DNA from: Bacteroidales bacterium | Lineage (GTDB): Bacteria > Bacteroidota > Bacteroidia > Bacteroidales > PUMT01 | Direction: 5' to 3' | DNA length: 64,000 nt | Assembly: GCA_007135095.1 (NCBI GenBank) | Contig: SLJO01000086.1 | Span: 5,011-69,010, forward strand | Part shown: in pieces, positions 1 through 10,735 of the stretch | Numbering within the stretch: position 1 is the stretch's first letter | Layout of the letters: every line of letters starts with the position of its first letter | The notes under the pieces: model-generated | The model's database searches: none | Told to the model about the DNA's origin: nothing | What the model saw: the letters and a program-made list of their open reading frames with translations, nothing else | Made by a program: the position numbers and the translations under genes

Positions 1-1449
1 AAAGAAAATTATTCACAGTGGTATAATGACCTAGTTATAAAGGCTGATCTTGCAGAGAATTCGGCGGTGCGCGGATGCATGGTAATAAAACCATATGGTT
101 ATGCAATCTGGGAAAAGATGCAGGCGGTTCTCGATAAAATGTTCAAAGATACCGGCCATTCAAATGCTTATTTCCCCCTGTTTATCCCAAAATCATTTTT
201 AAGCCGGGAAGCTGATCATGTCGAGGGGTTTGCCAAGGAATGTGCAGTAGTAACCCATTACAGGCTTAAGAGTTCCCCGGGTGGCGGAATTGAAGTGGAT
301 GAAACGGCTAAGCTGGAGGAGGAACTAATAATAAGGCCAACATCAGAAACAATTATCTGGAGCACATACAAGAACTGGATACAATCATACCGGGATCTGC
401 CGCTGCTTATTAATCAATGGGCCAATGTTGTGCGCTGGGAAATGCGCACAAGGCTTTTTCTCAGAACAGCCGAGTTTTTATGGCAGGAAGGGCATACTGC
501 CCATGCAACAAAAGATGAAGCGATTGAAGAAACATTAAAAATACTTGACATTTATTCAGGGTTTGCCGAAAACTGGATGGCAATGCCGGTTATAAAGGGA
601 ATAAAAACTGAAAATGAACGGTTTGCAGGAGCCGTGGAAACCTACTCTATCGAAGCCCTGATGCAGGACGGGAAGGCCCTGCAATCAGGAACCTCCCATT
701 TTCTGGGACAAAATTTTTCAAAAGCATTCGATGTAACATTTCTTGACAATAAGGGTAAGCTTGAACATGTATGGGCTTCTTCCTGGGGCGTCTCCACCAG
801 GCTTATGGGTGCACTTATCATGGCTCATTCCGATGACCGCGGACTGGTGCTTCCGCCCAGACTGGCACCCATTCAGGTAGTAATAGTGCCCATATACAAA
901 AAGGCGGAGGAACTTTCTGTTATAAGCAGCGAGGTTGAAATAATCCGGCAAGACCTTATCGCATCCGGTATATCGGTAAAATACGATGACAGGGATACTT
1001 ATAAACCAGGCTGGAAGTTTGCCGAATATGAACTCAAGGGAGTTCCTGTAAGACTTGCTGTCGGATCAAGGGATATCGATAACCGGACAGTTGAAGTAGC
1101 AAGAAGGGATACCCTTGAGAAAAAGTCTTACCCGATGGATGGCATCGGAGAAACCGTAAAGGCGCTGCTCGAAGAAATTCAGGTTAATATATTCAGGAAA
1201 GCACAGGATTTCAGATCCCGGAACACCGTAGCAGCTGACAGCTATCAGGAGTTCAAGGATATTATTGAATCAGGGGGAGGCTTTGTGCTTGCGCACTGGG
1301 ACGGGACCAGGGAGACTGAAGAGAGGATCAGCCAGGAAACAAAGGCCACAATCCGCTGCATTCCCCTTGATGGCGAAAAGGTGCCCGGTAAATGTATTGT
1401 TACCGGAAAACCCTCATCCCAAAGGGTATTGTTTGCGAAGGCTTACTAG
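1..1449 (+). CDS. proS: prolyl-tRNA synthetase (class II, archaeal/eukaryote-like type); 5' end cut by the window edge
   Basis: Frame 1 is open from nt 1 ([41 protein letters not shown]), so the ORF continues upstream of the called Met at 67. Class II aaRS-like blocks are present ([25 protein letters not shown]). The C-terminal ...VLFAKAY fits this ProRS type. Confidence 0.9.
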   Translation, partial: KENYSQWYNDLVIKADLAENSAVRGCMVIKPYGYAIWEKMQAVLDKMFKDTGHSNAYFPLFIPKSFLSREADHVEGFAKECAVVTHYRLKSSPGGGIEVDETAKLEEELIIRPTSETIIWSTYKNWIQSYRDLPLLINQWANVVRWEMRTRLFLRTAEFLWQEGHTAHATKDEAIEETLKILDIYSGFAENWMAMPVIKGIKTENERFAGAVETYSIEALMQDGKALQSGTSHFLGQNFSKAFDVTFLDNKGKLEHVWASSWGVSTRLMGALIMAHSDDRGLVLPPRLAPIQVVIVPIYKKAEELSVISSEVEIIRQDLIASGISVKYDDRDTYKPGWKFAEYELKGVPVRLAVGSRDIDNRTVEVARRDTLEKKSYPMDGIGETVKALLEEIQVNIFRKAQDFRSRNTVAADSYQEFKDIIESGGGFVLAHWDGTRETEERISQETKATIRCIPLDGEKVPGKCIVTGKPSSQRVLFAKAY

Positions 1450-1551
1450 CCAGGATAAATTACCCGGTGGTTAACCCAGGTTAGTATGGCATCACTTCCG
1501 GATTATCTAACCATATCAGCTTTTTCTGCTGAACAAATTATGCAAAAATTC

Positions 1552-2997
1552 CTATGGTACTGGTGGAGACGGCGCAATTAATAAAGGCTCTTCGTAGTCG
1601 CTCTTCATAGTATAGGGCAGCATATAGACACTTTCACCCGTGGAGTTCGTGAAAAATAAACGGGATATAGAAAATTCCATGGAATTAGCATCCGCCCACA
1701 TTGCGAAAAAAGGATCCACCGGGTTGTGCGGCCGTCGCACATAACTGTGATTCATCGGACTGTTACCGGTAACGGGTCGTTCCAATTTCCACGTTTCGCC
1801 GCTGTCAGTGGATAACCATAGTCCTATTTCACCTCCAGTATGATAAGATTGGGGGCCCTTCAATGTAGGACCGATAATTGTCCATCTGTCACCGTCTATA
1901 TACAGACTGCCCATATCATAATTGTGGTCGGAAGTTGTGACTTCTTTTTTTACCCACTCCTTTCCTGTCCAGTGAATAATCTCCCATCTCCTTGGATCGT
2001 TCTCCGGGCCTGGCATATATCCGCCACTGGTGACAACCAGTATTACAGGATTGCCATCCTTGTCGAACAATAATTTCGTGATGTAAGCATTTCTGCCCAT
2101 CGCTTCATAGTCGACGACCATGGCAGGATTATCCCGGTTGTCAAGCGGCAGGGCAAGCTCCTTTCCGTCAATGGTTGTCCAGGTTTCTCCAAAATCAGCG
2201 GTTTCGGCATAGTATATATTTGTCCGCAGATCCACATTGCCGCCAGGATGATAATTGAATGCCGAACCTACTCGCTGCCGGTCCTCATCTAACCTGGTTA
2301 CCTGGTAGTGACCGCCGAATCCGGCGAGCTTCTGAAGGTCATTGGCAGGTTCACTTGTCCAGTCCGTGCCATTCCTGCTTGTCTCCCAGTAAAGTTCTCG
2401 TCCGGCGGTATACAGGGTCAGAAGATGCATGAACCCCTTGCCCGGCACATGCCATATGTGGGAGTAAGTCTGTTCGCGCGAAATGATCTCCTCGAATTCA
2501 TCAACAGAATAAGGCTCCGTTGCCCTGAATATCTGACCCGGTCGTCTTCTTCCGCGACCTGCAACAAACACGTATATATAACCTTCATCATCAATGGTAA
2601 TGCTCGGATTATCATGAGGATCATCCACACCAATCTGATCCCTGACAATAGTTGGGCGGGGCACCCGGTGGTTGGCATGATCATAATAGGAGGCCATTGC
2701 CAGCAGGTAAGTTGCGTCGGGTTCTGTAGTCCCCCCGTAAACAAAAAAAGTCTTATCAACCTCGGGTGCATATACAGCCATGGGAGCAACCGTATGGCTC
2801 CAGGCAAATGATAATCCGCCGGAATATTTATCACCGTACAAGCCACTGTAACCATCGGCAATCATCCTTTCAGTCTGACCTAAAGTAAACCATATGCCAC
2901 GGTAACCAAGGAACCTGGAATTGTTCAGTGATTGTGAATATAAAGAATCAGGAATAAACAGGAGCATAAATACAAAAACCAGTAATCTCATCTTCAT
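1552..2997 (-). CDS. secreted BNR/Asp-box repeat protein (sialidase-like beta-propeller fold; function unknown)
   Basis: 481-aa ORF with an N-terminal signal peptide (MKMRLLVFVFMLLFIPDSLYSQ). Asp-box motifs SxDxGxTW are present (STDSGETW, ADFGETW, SRNGTDW). Confidence 0.6.
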   Translation of the reverse strand: MKMRLLVFVFMLLFIPDSLYSQSLNNSRFLGYRGIWFTLGQTERMIADGYSGLYGDKYSGGLSFAWSHTVAPMAVYAPEVDKTFFVYGGTTEPDATYLLAMASYYDHANHRVPRPTIVRDQIGVDDPHDNPSITIDDEGYIYVFVAGRGRRRPGQIFRATEPYSVDEFEEIISREQTYSHIWHVPGKGFMHLLTLYTAGRELYWETSRNGTDWTSEPANDLQKLAGFGGHYQVTRLDEDRQRVGSAFNYHPGGNVDLRTNIYYAETADFGETWTTIDGKELALPLDNRDNPAMVVDYEAMGRNAYITKLLFDKDGNPVILVVTSGGYMPGPENDPRRWEIIHWTGKEWVKKEVTTSDHNYDMGSLYIDGDRWTIIGPTLKGPQSYHTGGEIGLWLSTDSGETWKLERPVTGNSPMNHSYVRRPHNPVDPFFAMWADANSMEFSISRLFFTNSTGESVYMLPYTMKSDYEEPLLIAPSPPVP

Positions 2998-3069
2998 AAT
3001 TTTTGAGTTAGAAATTTAACCTTAAAATGATTTATAAAAAGCATCCGGATGTCATTTGCTTAACATAAT

Positions 3070-4218
3070 CTATTTAACAGAGAATTTATAAATTGCGGAA
3101 TGCAGGTACTCATCGCCGGGTTCAAGAATGGTGACAGGAAAATGGGGCTGGTTGGGTGAATCGGGATAATGCTGGGTCTCCAGGCACAAACCCCAATGTT
3201 TTTGATACACAGTTCCGTTTTTACCGGTCAGCGATCCGTCAAGAAAGTTACCGGTATATAACTGCACCCCGGGTTGCGTGGTAAGCACCTCCATAAGGCG
3301 TCCACTTGATGGTTCATACAGCAAAGCAGCTGTCTGGAGCGACCCTTCACCGTCATCCAGCACATAATTATGATCATAACCACCCTTTACCATTTCTATA
3401 TCTCTTCCCACCGGCTTCATTTTTCTGAAATTCATCGGTGTTCCCTGAACTTCGGGCAATTCCCCGGTTGGAATAAGGTCATCGTTCACTTCGGTGAAAC
3501 GGCTTGCGTTTATTAACAATTCGTGGTCAAGCACAGATTCTTTTCCCCCTGTCAGGTTAAAATACCCGTGGTGAGAAATATTTAGCGGCGTGGACTTGTC
3601 GGTATTTGCCCCGAAGGTAATTATAAGTTCATTATTGCTGGTCAGGGTATAGATGACAGATAGCGAAAGATTTCCCGGATAGCCCTCCTCACCGTGGGGG
3701 CTCAGGTATGTGAGCTTAAGTGATGGTTCTCCTTCATGCAGAATGGTCTGGTAATCCCAGACTCTCCTGTCAAGTCCCCTGGTTCCTCCATGGAGATGAT
3801 TACGACCATTATTCGCTGCAAGCTGGTATACCTTTCCCCCGAGTTCAAATTTGGCATCGGCTATACGGTTGGCATACCTTCCTACGATTGCACCAAAATA
3901 CGGGTGCTCGTCAAGATAATCCTCCAGATTATCAAAGCCAAGTACAATATCATCGAAAACTCCGTTCCGGTCAGGCACTGTAAGCGAAGTAACTATGCCG
4001 CCATAATTTATAATCTCAGCGGTAATTCCTTGTTTGTTGCTGAGAGTGAAAATAAATACCTCTTCACCATCAGGGGTGTGGCCAAAAAGCCTTTTATCAG
4101 TCTCCATAATTTGTTTTTGTTGTTCTGTCGCCCCTCCGCCGCAGGAAAAGTTTGCCAGGGATAATACCGGGATCGTATACAATGAAATAACCCGGCACCA
4201 TAATTTAAAGCGGTTCAT
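3070..4218 (-). CDS. galM: aldose 1-epimerase (galactose mutarotase)
   Basis: 382 aa. Mutarotase blocks are GAIVGRYANRIA, NHLHGG, HHGYFNL and ETQHYPDSPN. An N-terminal signal or lipoprotein-like sequence is present. Confidence 0.85.
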   Translation of the reverse strand: MNRFKLWCRVISLYTIPVLSLANFSCGGGATEQQKQIMETDKRLFGHTPDGEEVFIFTLSNKQGITAEIINYGGIVTSLTVPDRNGVFDDIVLGFDNLEDYLDEHPYFGAIVGRYANRIADAKFELGGKVYQLAANNGRNHLHGGTRGLDRRVWDYQTILHEGEPSLKLTYLSPHGEEGYPGNLSLSVIYTLTSNNELIITFGANTDKSTPLNISHHGYFNLTGGKESVLDHELLINASRFTEVNDDLIPTGELPEVQGTPMNFRKMKPVGRDIEMVKGGYDHNYVLDDGEGSLQTAALLYEPSSGRLMEVLTTQPGVQLYTGNFLDGSLTGKNGTVYQKHWGLCLETQHYPDSPNQPHFPVTILEPGDEYLHSAIYKFSVK

Positions 4219-4385
4219 ATGAGTTCCATTAATTATACAATATATTACATATTCACGTAATGGTCATACTTTTGCCTTACAGAAGTCCACCGGGCAATTT
4301 ATGAATAATATGACTTATAACCGAATCTTTGGTAATTTAAGAACTCTCCGGCATGCTCATTGCACGGGTAACCACTAAAATTACT

Positions 4386-4393
4386 TAATTTTG
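4386..4393 (+). promoter_or_regulatory. candidate Bacteroidetes -7 promoter box (TAATTTTG) upstream of uvrB
   Basis: Exact match to the TAnnTTTG consensus, 27 nt upstream of the uvrB ATG at 4420. No clear -33 TTTG was seen. Confidence 0.3.
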
Positions 4394-4419
4394 CTGTTCT
4401 TTTAAATCATCAGAAATAT

Positions 4420-6408
4420 ATGGATTTTTCAATAGTTTCAGGCTACATACCTACAGGGGATCAGCCTGAAGCAATAAAACAACTTGAAGAAAGCCTTAAA
4501 TCCGGCAGCGAGTTTCAGACACTGCTTGGTGTCACGGGCTCGGGCAAAACTTTTACCATTGCAAACGTCATTGAAAAAGTTCAGCGGCCGACCCTTGTAC
4601 TGAGTCACAATAAGACACTTGCGGCACAACTTTACGGTGAATTCAAGGATTTCTTTCCGAATAATGCTGTTGAGTATTTCGTTTCATATTACGACTATTA
4701 CCAGCCTGAAGCCTACCTTCCGGTAACCGATACATACATAGAGAAGGACCTGTCGATAAATGAAGAAATTGAAAAACTCAGGCTTAGCACAACTTCTTCT
4801 CTCCTCTCAGGCAGGCGGGATGTAATTGTTGTCTCATCAGTTTCCTGTATATACGGAATAGGAAACCCCGATGATTTTCACAGCAATACCATTAAGCTGG
4901 AAAAGAACCAGCTGATAAACCGCAACCAGTTTTTAAGGAAACTGGTAGACAGCCTGTATTCCAGAAGCGAAATTGATTTCCGCCGCGGTAATTTCCGTGT
5001 CAGGGGAGATACGGTGGATGTATTTCTTGCCTATGGTGATATTGCATATCGTATTATTTTCTGGGGTGATGAAATTGAAGAGATCAGCAGCCTGGACCCC
5101 TTAACAGGCCGCGTTACAGGTCACCTGGACCAGGCGGTTATCTATCCCGCCAACATATTTGTAACCACAAAGGACAGGATGCAAAAGGCTATCAGGGAAA
5201 TTCAGGACGATCTTTTCAGCCAGATCAATTTTTTCAATGACCAGGGGATGAAGCAGGAGGCCCACAGGTTGCAGCAAAAAGTAGAATATGATCTTGAAAT
5301 GATAAAAGAGCTTGGGTATTGCTCGGGAATTGAAAACTACTCAAGGTATTTCGACGGAAGATCTCCCGGAACCAGGCCTTTTTGCCTGCTTGATTATTTT
5401 CCTGAAGATTTTCTTACGGTAATTGACGAAAGCCATGTTACCCTTCCCCAGGTGCGGGCTATGTACGGCGGCGACTATTCAAGGAAAAGAACTCTTGTGG
5501 ATTTCGGCTTCCGCCTCCCCGCAGCCATTGATAACCGTCCGCTGAAATTTGAAGAATTTGAAATGCTTACAGGGCAAAAAATATTTGTTAGCGCAACACC
5601 GGGGGATTATGAACTGGAAAAATGTGAAGGTGTAGTTGTTGAACAGGTGATCAGGCCTACCGGTCTCCCTGAGCCAAAAATAGAGGTGCGCTCCAGCCAT
5701 AACCAGATAGATGACCTAATAAGTGAGATTCAGTTGAGAACGACAAGAAATGAAAGGGTCCTTGTTACCACCCTCACTAAACGTATGGCTGAAGAGCTCA
5801 GTAAATACCTTACGCGCATGGAGATCAGGTGCAGGTACATTCATTCGGATATCGTCACCCTTGAACGGGTGGAAATAATGGAAGGCCTCAGGGAAGGGGA
5901 CTTTGATGTGCTTATCGGTGTCAATCTCCTGAGGGAGGGGCTTGACCTTCCCGAAGTATCCCTTGTTGTTATCCTGGATGCGGACAAGGAGGGTTTCCTG
6001 AGATCAGCACGGTCGCTGACCCAGACGGCCGGAAGGGCGGCAAGAAATCTTAACGGCATGGTAATAATGTATGCAGACACCATTACACGATCAATGAAGC
6101 AGAGTATAGATGAAACAACAAAGCGAAGGGAAAAGCAGCTTGCATATAACAGGATAAATAATATAACCCCGGCCCAGATTGTCAGAACAAATCGTTCCAC
6201 GTTGCAAAAAAGCAATAAATATACCGATCCCGAAGGCATAAACATTGCTGCGGATCCGGTAATCAGATATATGGGAAAGGATGCTCTTAAAAAAGCCATG
6301 ATAAATACCAGGTCAGCAATGGTGAAGGCAGCCTCTGACCTGGATTTTATGACCGCAGCACGCTACAGGGATGAGCTGAAGGAACTTGAAAAGCTTTATA
6401 AAGAATAA
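4420..6408 (+). CDS. uvrB: excinuclease ABC subunit B
   Basis: 662 aa. Motifs: GVTGSGKT Walker A, YYDYYQPEAY beta-hairpin region, helicase motifs, and a C-terminal UVR domain (AARYRDELKELE). Confidence 0.97.
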   Translation: MDFSIVSGYIPTGDQPEAIKQLEESLKSGSEFQTLLGVTGSGKTFTIANVIEKVQRPTLVLSHNKTLAAQLYGEFKDFFPNNAVEYFVSYYDYYQPEAYLPVTDTYIEKDLSINEEIEKLRLSTTSSLLSGRRDVIVVSSVSCIYGIGNPDDFHSNTIKLEKNQLINRNQFLRKLVDSLYSRSEIDFRRGNFRVRGDTVDVFLAYGDIAYRIIFWGDEIEEISSLDPLTGRVTGHLDQAVIYPANIFVTTKDRMQKAIREIQDDLFSQINFFNDQGMKQEAHRLQQKVEYDLEMIKELGYCSGIENYSRYFDGRSPGTRPFCLLDYFPEDFLTVIDESHVTLPQVRAMYGGDYSRKRTLVDFGFRLPAAIDNRPLKFEEFEMLTGQKIFVSATPGDYELEKCEGVVVEQVIRPTGLPEPKIEVRSSHNQIDDLISEIQLRTTRNERVLVTTLTKRMAEELSKYLTRMEIRCRYIHSDIVTLERVEIMEGLREGDFDVLIGVNLLREGLDLPEVSLVVILDADKEGFLRSARSLTQTAGRAARNLNGMVIMYADTITRSMKQSIDETTKRREKQLAYNRINNITPAQIVRTNRSTLQKSNKYTDPEGINIAADPVIRYMGKDALKKAMINTRSAMVKAASDLDFMTAARYRDELKELEKLYKE

Positions 6409-6564
6409 AAAGATCTGACGGCACCGGCTTATTTGCTTTTATCATTAAAAATTTTTTTTATAGAAATTAATTTGTAGTTTAGTATATTTAATTGTTCATA
6501 CCCAGCCAGAAATGCATGGAAGCTGCATGACACGGCCTTTGCGAAAGAACTTCCTGAAAATTAA

Positions 6565-6963
6565 ATGCACAATATGGAAAACCTGGTTATCGAAAGTGGA
6601 ATAAAAACACCATATGTAAATCTTGATCCTGATAAAAGACAGCTACGTTTTGAAGGCCGTTCCATTCCCGAAGATACCATCAGATTTTATGAACCGATAT
6701 TAAAATGGATAGAAGAATACACCACCGAAGATAACCAGGGCACCACAGACTTGCACATCAACCTGGAATATTTCAATACCAGTACTTCAAGATATCTTTT
6801 CGGCATTTTTAAAACCCTTGAATCTTATCATATCAGGGGAAATCCCATACTGATCCACTGGTATTATGAAAAAGATGATTTTGAAATGCTCGAGTCCGGA
6901 GGAGACTATGCATCAATACTGAAGATCCCTTTCAAAATGGTGCCCGTTGAAGTGGAAGGATAG
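6565..6963 (+). CDS. DUF1987 / SiaC-like regulatory protein (orphan paralog)
   Basis: 132 aa. TPYVNLDP...LRFEGRSIPEDTIRFYEPILKWIEEY...INLEYFNTSTSRYLF is a paralog of the ORF at 61652-62032 and contains the YxNTS(S/T) putative phospho-Thr motif. The start could instead be the ATG at 6574. Confidence 0.7.
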   Translation: MHNMENLVIESGIKTPYVNLDPDKRQLRFEGRSIPEDTIRFYEPILKWIEEYTTEDNQGTTDLHINLEYFNTSTSRYLFGIFKTLESYHIRGNPILIHWYYEKDDFEMLESGGDYASILKIPFKMVPVEVEG

Positions 6964-6989
6964 GGAGCCAAGTTAACCATTCGCAGCGA

Positions 6990-7850
6990 TCATCCAAGGT
7001 AACTTTTGAGCAGGCTGCTTCTTGAAGCATGCCTTAACCGGCGAATGGCTTTTTCCTTTATCTGCCGGACTCTCTCACGTGTAAGACCAAAACGGTCGCC
7101 GATTTCCTCAAGAGTCATGTCCTGAACACCGATACCGAAAAAATACCTGACAATATCCCTTTCACGTTCTGTAAGGGTTGAGAGCGATCGCTCGATTTCT
7201 TTCCCGAGAGATTCATTCAGCAGGGTTTTGTCTGCATTGGGTGAATCGTTATTTATCAGCACATCCAGAAGGGAATTTTCCTCTCCGTCTGTAAACGGAG
7301 CATCGACCGAAATATGCCTTCCTGAAACCCGAAGAGTGTCACTCACTTTTTCCTTGGGAAGTTCCAGTATGTTTGCCAGCTCTTCTGGTGTAGGGCTGCG
7401 TTCGAATTCCTGCTCAAACTTTGAAAAGGCCTTATTGATCTTGTTGAGTGAACCAACCTGGTTAAGCGGTAAACGAACGATACGGGATTGTTCTGCAAGG
7501 GCCTGCAGAATGGATTGCCGGATCCACCATACTGCATAGGAGATGAACTTAAAGCCCCGGGTCTCATCAAATTTCTCGGCAGCCTTGATCAACCCCAGAT
7601 TGCCTTCATTTATGAGATCCGGAAGACTAAGGCCTTGGTTTTGATACTGCTTAGCTACAGACACAACAAACCGCAGGTTGGCTCTTGTAAGTTTCTCAAG
7701 GGCAACTTTGTCTCCTGTCCTGATTCTCTGTGCAAGATCAACTTCTTCCTCGATGGTGATCAATTCCTCCCTGCCTATCTCCTGAAGGTACTTGTCAAGT
7801 GATGCACTCTCCCTGTTTGTAATTGATTTTGTGATCTTTAGCTGTCTCAT
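6990..7850 (-). CDS. rpoD: primary RNA polymerase sigma factor (sigma-70 family, short Bacteroidetes type)
   Basis: 286 aa. Region 2 is [12 protein letters not shown], region 4.2 is [27 protein letters not shown], and the [16 protein letters not shown]-terminus is typical of Bacteroidetes SigA. Confidence 0.92.
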   Translation of the reverse strand: MRQLKITKSITNRESASLDKYLQEIGREELITIEEEVDLAQRIRTGDKVALEKLTRANLRFVVSVAKQYQNQGLSLPDLINEGNLGLIKAAEKFDETRGFKFISYAVWWIRQSILQALAEQSRIVRLPLNQVGSLNKINKAFSKFEQEFERSPTPEELANILELPKEKVSDTLRVSGRHISVDAPFTDGEENSLLDVLINNDSPNADKTLLNESLGKEIERSLSTLTERERDIVRYFFGIGVQDMTLEEIGDRFGLTRERVRQIKEKAIRRLRHASRSSLLKSYLG

Positions 7851-7871
7851 TATCGTTTTTTAATATAATAG

Positions 7872-7879
7872 CAAATGTA
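7872..7879 (-). promoter_or_regulatory. candidate -7 promoter box (TACATTTG on minus strand) for rpoD
   Basis: Plus-strand CAAATGTA equals minus-strand TACATTTG, an exact TAnnTTTG match about 22 nt upstream of the rpoD ATG at 7850. Confidence 0.35.
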
Positions 7880-8186
7880 AGTTAATTATATATTATTATC
7901 AACCAGATAGACCCGGATTAAAGTCATCTTAATAAACGACAAAAAGGACTTGCTATTGCAGGTCCCTGTTTGCATTCAATATTCTATAAGGATATGCAGG
8001 ATATCTTTTATTTAATAAGTTGAAAAAATCAAAGTAAGGATAGTCTTAATCGTTGCTTAACCATATTTGAACTGCCACCCGGGGATAACCTAGGTGATTA
8101 CGTAAACCCGTAGCGATTTGTTACAAACCGCGATTTGATTTTCATTAATAGCTGGTCTTCTTCTATTCAATCCCTGTAGCTTTAGC

Positions 8187-8218
8187 AAAAAAAAATCCCC
8201 CGGGAAAATTCCGGGGGA
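8187..8218 (-). terminator. rho-independent terminator downstream of htrA
   Basis: 8-bp GC-rich stem (8196-8203 TCCCCCGG paired with 8211-8218 CCGGGGGA) with a 7-nt loop. It is followed on the minus strand by a T9 run (plus-strand A9 at 8187-8195), 28 nt after the htrA stop. Confidence 0.85.
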
Positions 8219-8245
8219 CGATCTGTTTAAACCTGGTCAGGGTGA

Positions 8246-9673
8246 TTAAGGAAGACCAAATGCATAATACGCTACCGTTCCATCGGGATAGATTCCCTCA
8301 ATATAAACGCCGCCTTCATAATCTTCAAGAATAGTTCTGACATCGGATGGTCTTTTAACGGGGTTATTATTGATGGAGACTATTATAAAATTTTCCCTGA
8401 CGCCGTTAGCCCTGAATTTACCAGGAGATAGGCTTGTTACCTGCACCCCGTTCTCAATACCGAGTTCTGCCATTAAGTCATCGGAAACTTCACTTAATCT
8501 TGCTCCGAGAAATGCCTCCTGGGGCCTGATCACATCCATCTGGCCTTCAACATTCCGAAGTGTGGCTGTAACTTTCCGGGGTTTCCCATCCCTTTTGATT
8601 GTGACATCAACCTTGTCTTTTGGACGGAACCTTGCTATTTTCTCCTGCAGTTCGGGCATGCTGTTGATCTGAGTATCATCTACGCGCAGAATCACATCAC
8701 CTTCCCTTATTCCTGCAGCCTCTGCGGCACCTCCTTTTGTTACCTCAGCCACATAGACACCTTCTACCCGGTCCAGACCCTGTTCACGTGCCAGTTCCGA
8801 ATCCACACGGCGGGCCAGGACACCAAGTAATGCCCTTTGCACTTCACCGAATTCAATCAGATCTTCAACAACTTTTTGCACTATACTTACAGGTACAGCA
8901 AATGCATTACCTGCACTTGCCCCGGTTGGTGACAATATCAGGGTGGGTATACCAACAAGCTCTCCCCGGAGGTTCACCAGGGCGCCTCCGCTGTTACCGC
9001 GATTCACGGCGGCATCGGTTTGTATGAATGACTCAATGGCCAGATCCTGTGCAAATACACCAAGCCCCCTTCCCTTGGCACTGACTATACCGGCAGTAAC
9101 CGTAGAAACCAGGTTCATGGGATTACCCACAGCCAGAACCCATTCTCCGACCCTTAGCTCATCGGAGTCGCCAAATTCAATATAATGAAGCTGCTCTGCG
9201 TTTATTTTAAGCAAGGCAATATCGGTGTTCGGATCCCTTCCGATTATTTCAGCATCAAAGGAACGTCCGTCATTCAACGTTACTTCTATATGGGTTGCAC
9301 CTTCTATAACATGATTATTGGTTACTATATACCCGTCGTCCGACAGTATCACACCGGATCCTATGCCCTCAACCTGTTCAGGAGCCCGTTGCTGGGGACC
9401 AAAGAAAAACTCCTGAATGGGGTCACGGCTTCGCTGCCGCTCCCTTCGGGTAGTTACATGGACTACACCATGGATTGTCTTTTCAGCTGCATAGGTGAAA
9501 TCCAGCTGATCCGGCTGGTAATCAGCCGGAAGACTGGTAAACCATGCAGGGTGTTTTTCACTGGTGGTTACTACCTGAGTAACAGGAGGAGCCAGTCTTG
9601 AATAGGCAAATACGGCAACAAGGCCGGCCAGGGTTGCCACCACAAAATATACCAGAATGTCTTTAATTTTCAT
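8246..9673 (-). CDS. htrA: periplasmic serine endoprotease, HtrA/DegP/DegQ family, with two PDZ domains
   Basis: 475 aa. N-terminal TM/signal sequence, catalytic triad context TNNHV / DIALLK / GNSGGAL, and two PDZ-like C-terminal segments. Confidence 0.9.
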   Translation of the reverse strand: MKIKDILVYFVVATLAGLVAVFAYSRLAPPVTQVVTTSEKHPAWFTSLPADYQPDQLDFTYAAEKTIHGVVHVTTRRERQRSRDPIQEFFFGPQQRAPEQVEGIGSGVILSDDGYIVTNNHVIEGATHIEVTLNDGRSFDAEIIGRDPNTDIALLKINAEQLHYIEFGDSDELRVGEWVLAVGNPMNLVSTVTAGIVSAKGRGLGVFAQDLAIESFIQTDAAVNRGNSGGALVNLRGELVGIPTLILSPTGASAGNAFAVPVSIVQKVVEDLIEFGEVQRALLGVLARRVDSELAREQGLDRVEGVYVAEVTKGGAAEAAGIREGDVILRVDDTQINSMPELQEKIARFRPKDKVDVTIKRDGKPRKVTATLRNVEGQMDVIRPQEAFLGARLSEVSDDLMAELGIENGVQVTSLSPGKFRANGVRENFIIVSINNNPVKRPSDVRTILEDYEGGVYIEGIYPDGTVAYYAFGLP

Positions 9674-9903
9674 AGCGATTCATTTTAATTGCTTCCAAAG
9701 CCATTTTGGCTTTATAGTGTAAAATTGAATTAAGTATCTTTGATCAGAATTTTTATACTTTTGTTAAAAAAACAAAACATTATCGTAATTGTTGAACATT
9801 ATTACAAAAATAATGCCTTTCGCAGATATAGTGCCATACCGTCTGGTTAAATAAGTTTAAAATCCGAAGATCAGTTAAAGCAAAGTTGACAAATCCATTA
9901 AAA

Positions 9904-10704
9904 ATGCAATTCTCTTTTTATAAATATCACGGTAACGGCAACGATTTTATTATTGCCGATAACCGGTCCCAGGCGATTCCATATTCGGACCAGGCCCTTA
10001 TGAGGATCCTGTGCAACAGGAATTTTGGTATCGGGGCCGACGGACTGATGCTACTGGAGAATAAGCCGGGGTATGATTTCCTTATGCGTTACTTTAACTC
10101 CGATGGCCGGGAAGGCAGTATGTGCGGAAACGGTGGCAGGTGCATTGTTCATTTTGCAAAAGAGCTTGGCATAATTGACAGGAAAGCCGTATTTTCGGGA
10201 ATTGACGGTTCCCACGAGGCTATGATCGATCCGGAAGGAACGGTCCGTCTCAGGCTGCAGGATGTAACGGGCGTTGAAACGGATGGTCCGGCATATGTTT
10301 TAAACACGGGGTCTCCCCATTACGTGGTGTTCGCCGGCAATATCGAACATCTCGATGTTCTGAAGGCAGGACGGGAAATAAGGTACAGCAAAAAATATTA
10401 CGAAGACGGAATAAATGTCAATTTTGTGGAACTGCTGAGTGAAGGCATCCGTATCAGAACATATGAAAGGGGCGTAGAAAACGAAACACTGGCCTGCGGT
10501 ACCGGTTCAGTGGCAGCTGCTCTATGCACAATGGCCGGCAAAGAGTCAGGCAGGAAAAATATCAGGGTAGAAACCAGGGGGGGATTGCTGGAGGTAAATT
10601 TCATGAAAACAGGGGAGTCGGCTTTCAGCGACATATGGCTGAAAGGCCCGGTGAAAAAGGTGTTCCATGGAACCCTCGATACCGGTGATCTGACCGGAGA
10701 ATAG
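9904..10704 (+). CDS. dapF: diaminopimelate epimerase
   Basis: Motifs GNGNDF, NSDGREGSMCGNGGRC and LACGTGS provide the two catalytic Cys. The ATG at 9904 is preferred over the TTG called at 9886. Confidence 0.9.
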   Translation: MQFSFYKYHGNGNDFIIADNRSQAIPYSDQALMRILCNRNFGIGADGLMLLENKPGYDFLMRYFNSDGREGSMCGNGGRCIVHFAKELGIIDRKAVFSGIDGSHEAMIDPEGTVRLRLQDVTGVETDGPAYVLNTGSPHYVVFAGNIEHLDVLKAGREIRYSKKYYEDGINVNFVELLSEGIRIRTYERGVENETLACGTGSVAAALCTMAGKESGRKNIRVETRGGLLEVNFMKTGESAFSDIWLKGPVKKVFHGTLDTGDLTGE

Positions 10705-10735
10705 CTTATGCGGTTTCCGGCAAGGGCAGGCCGCC

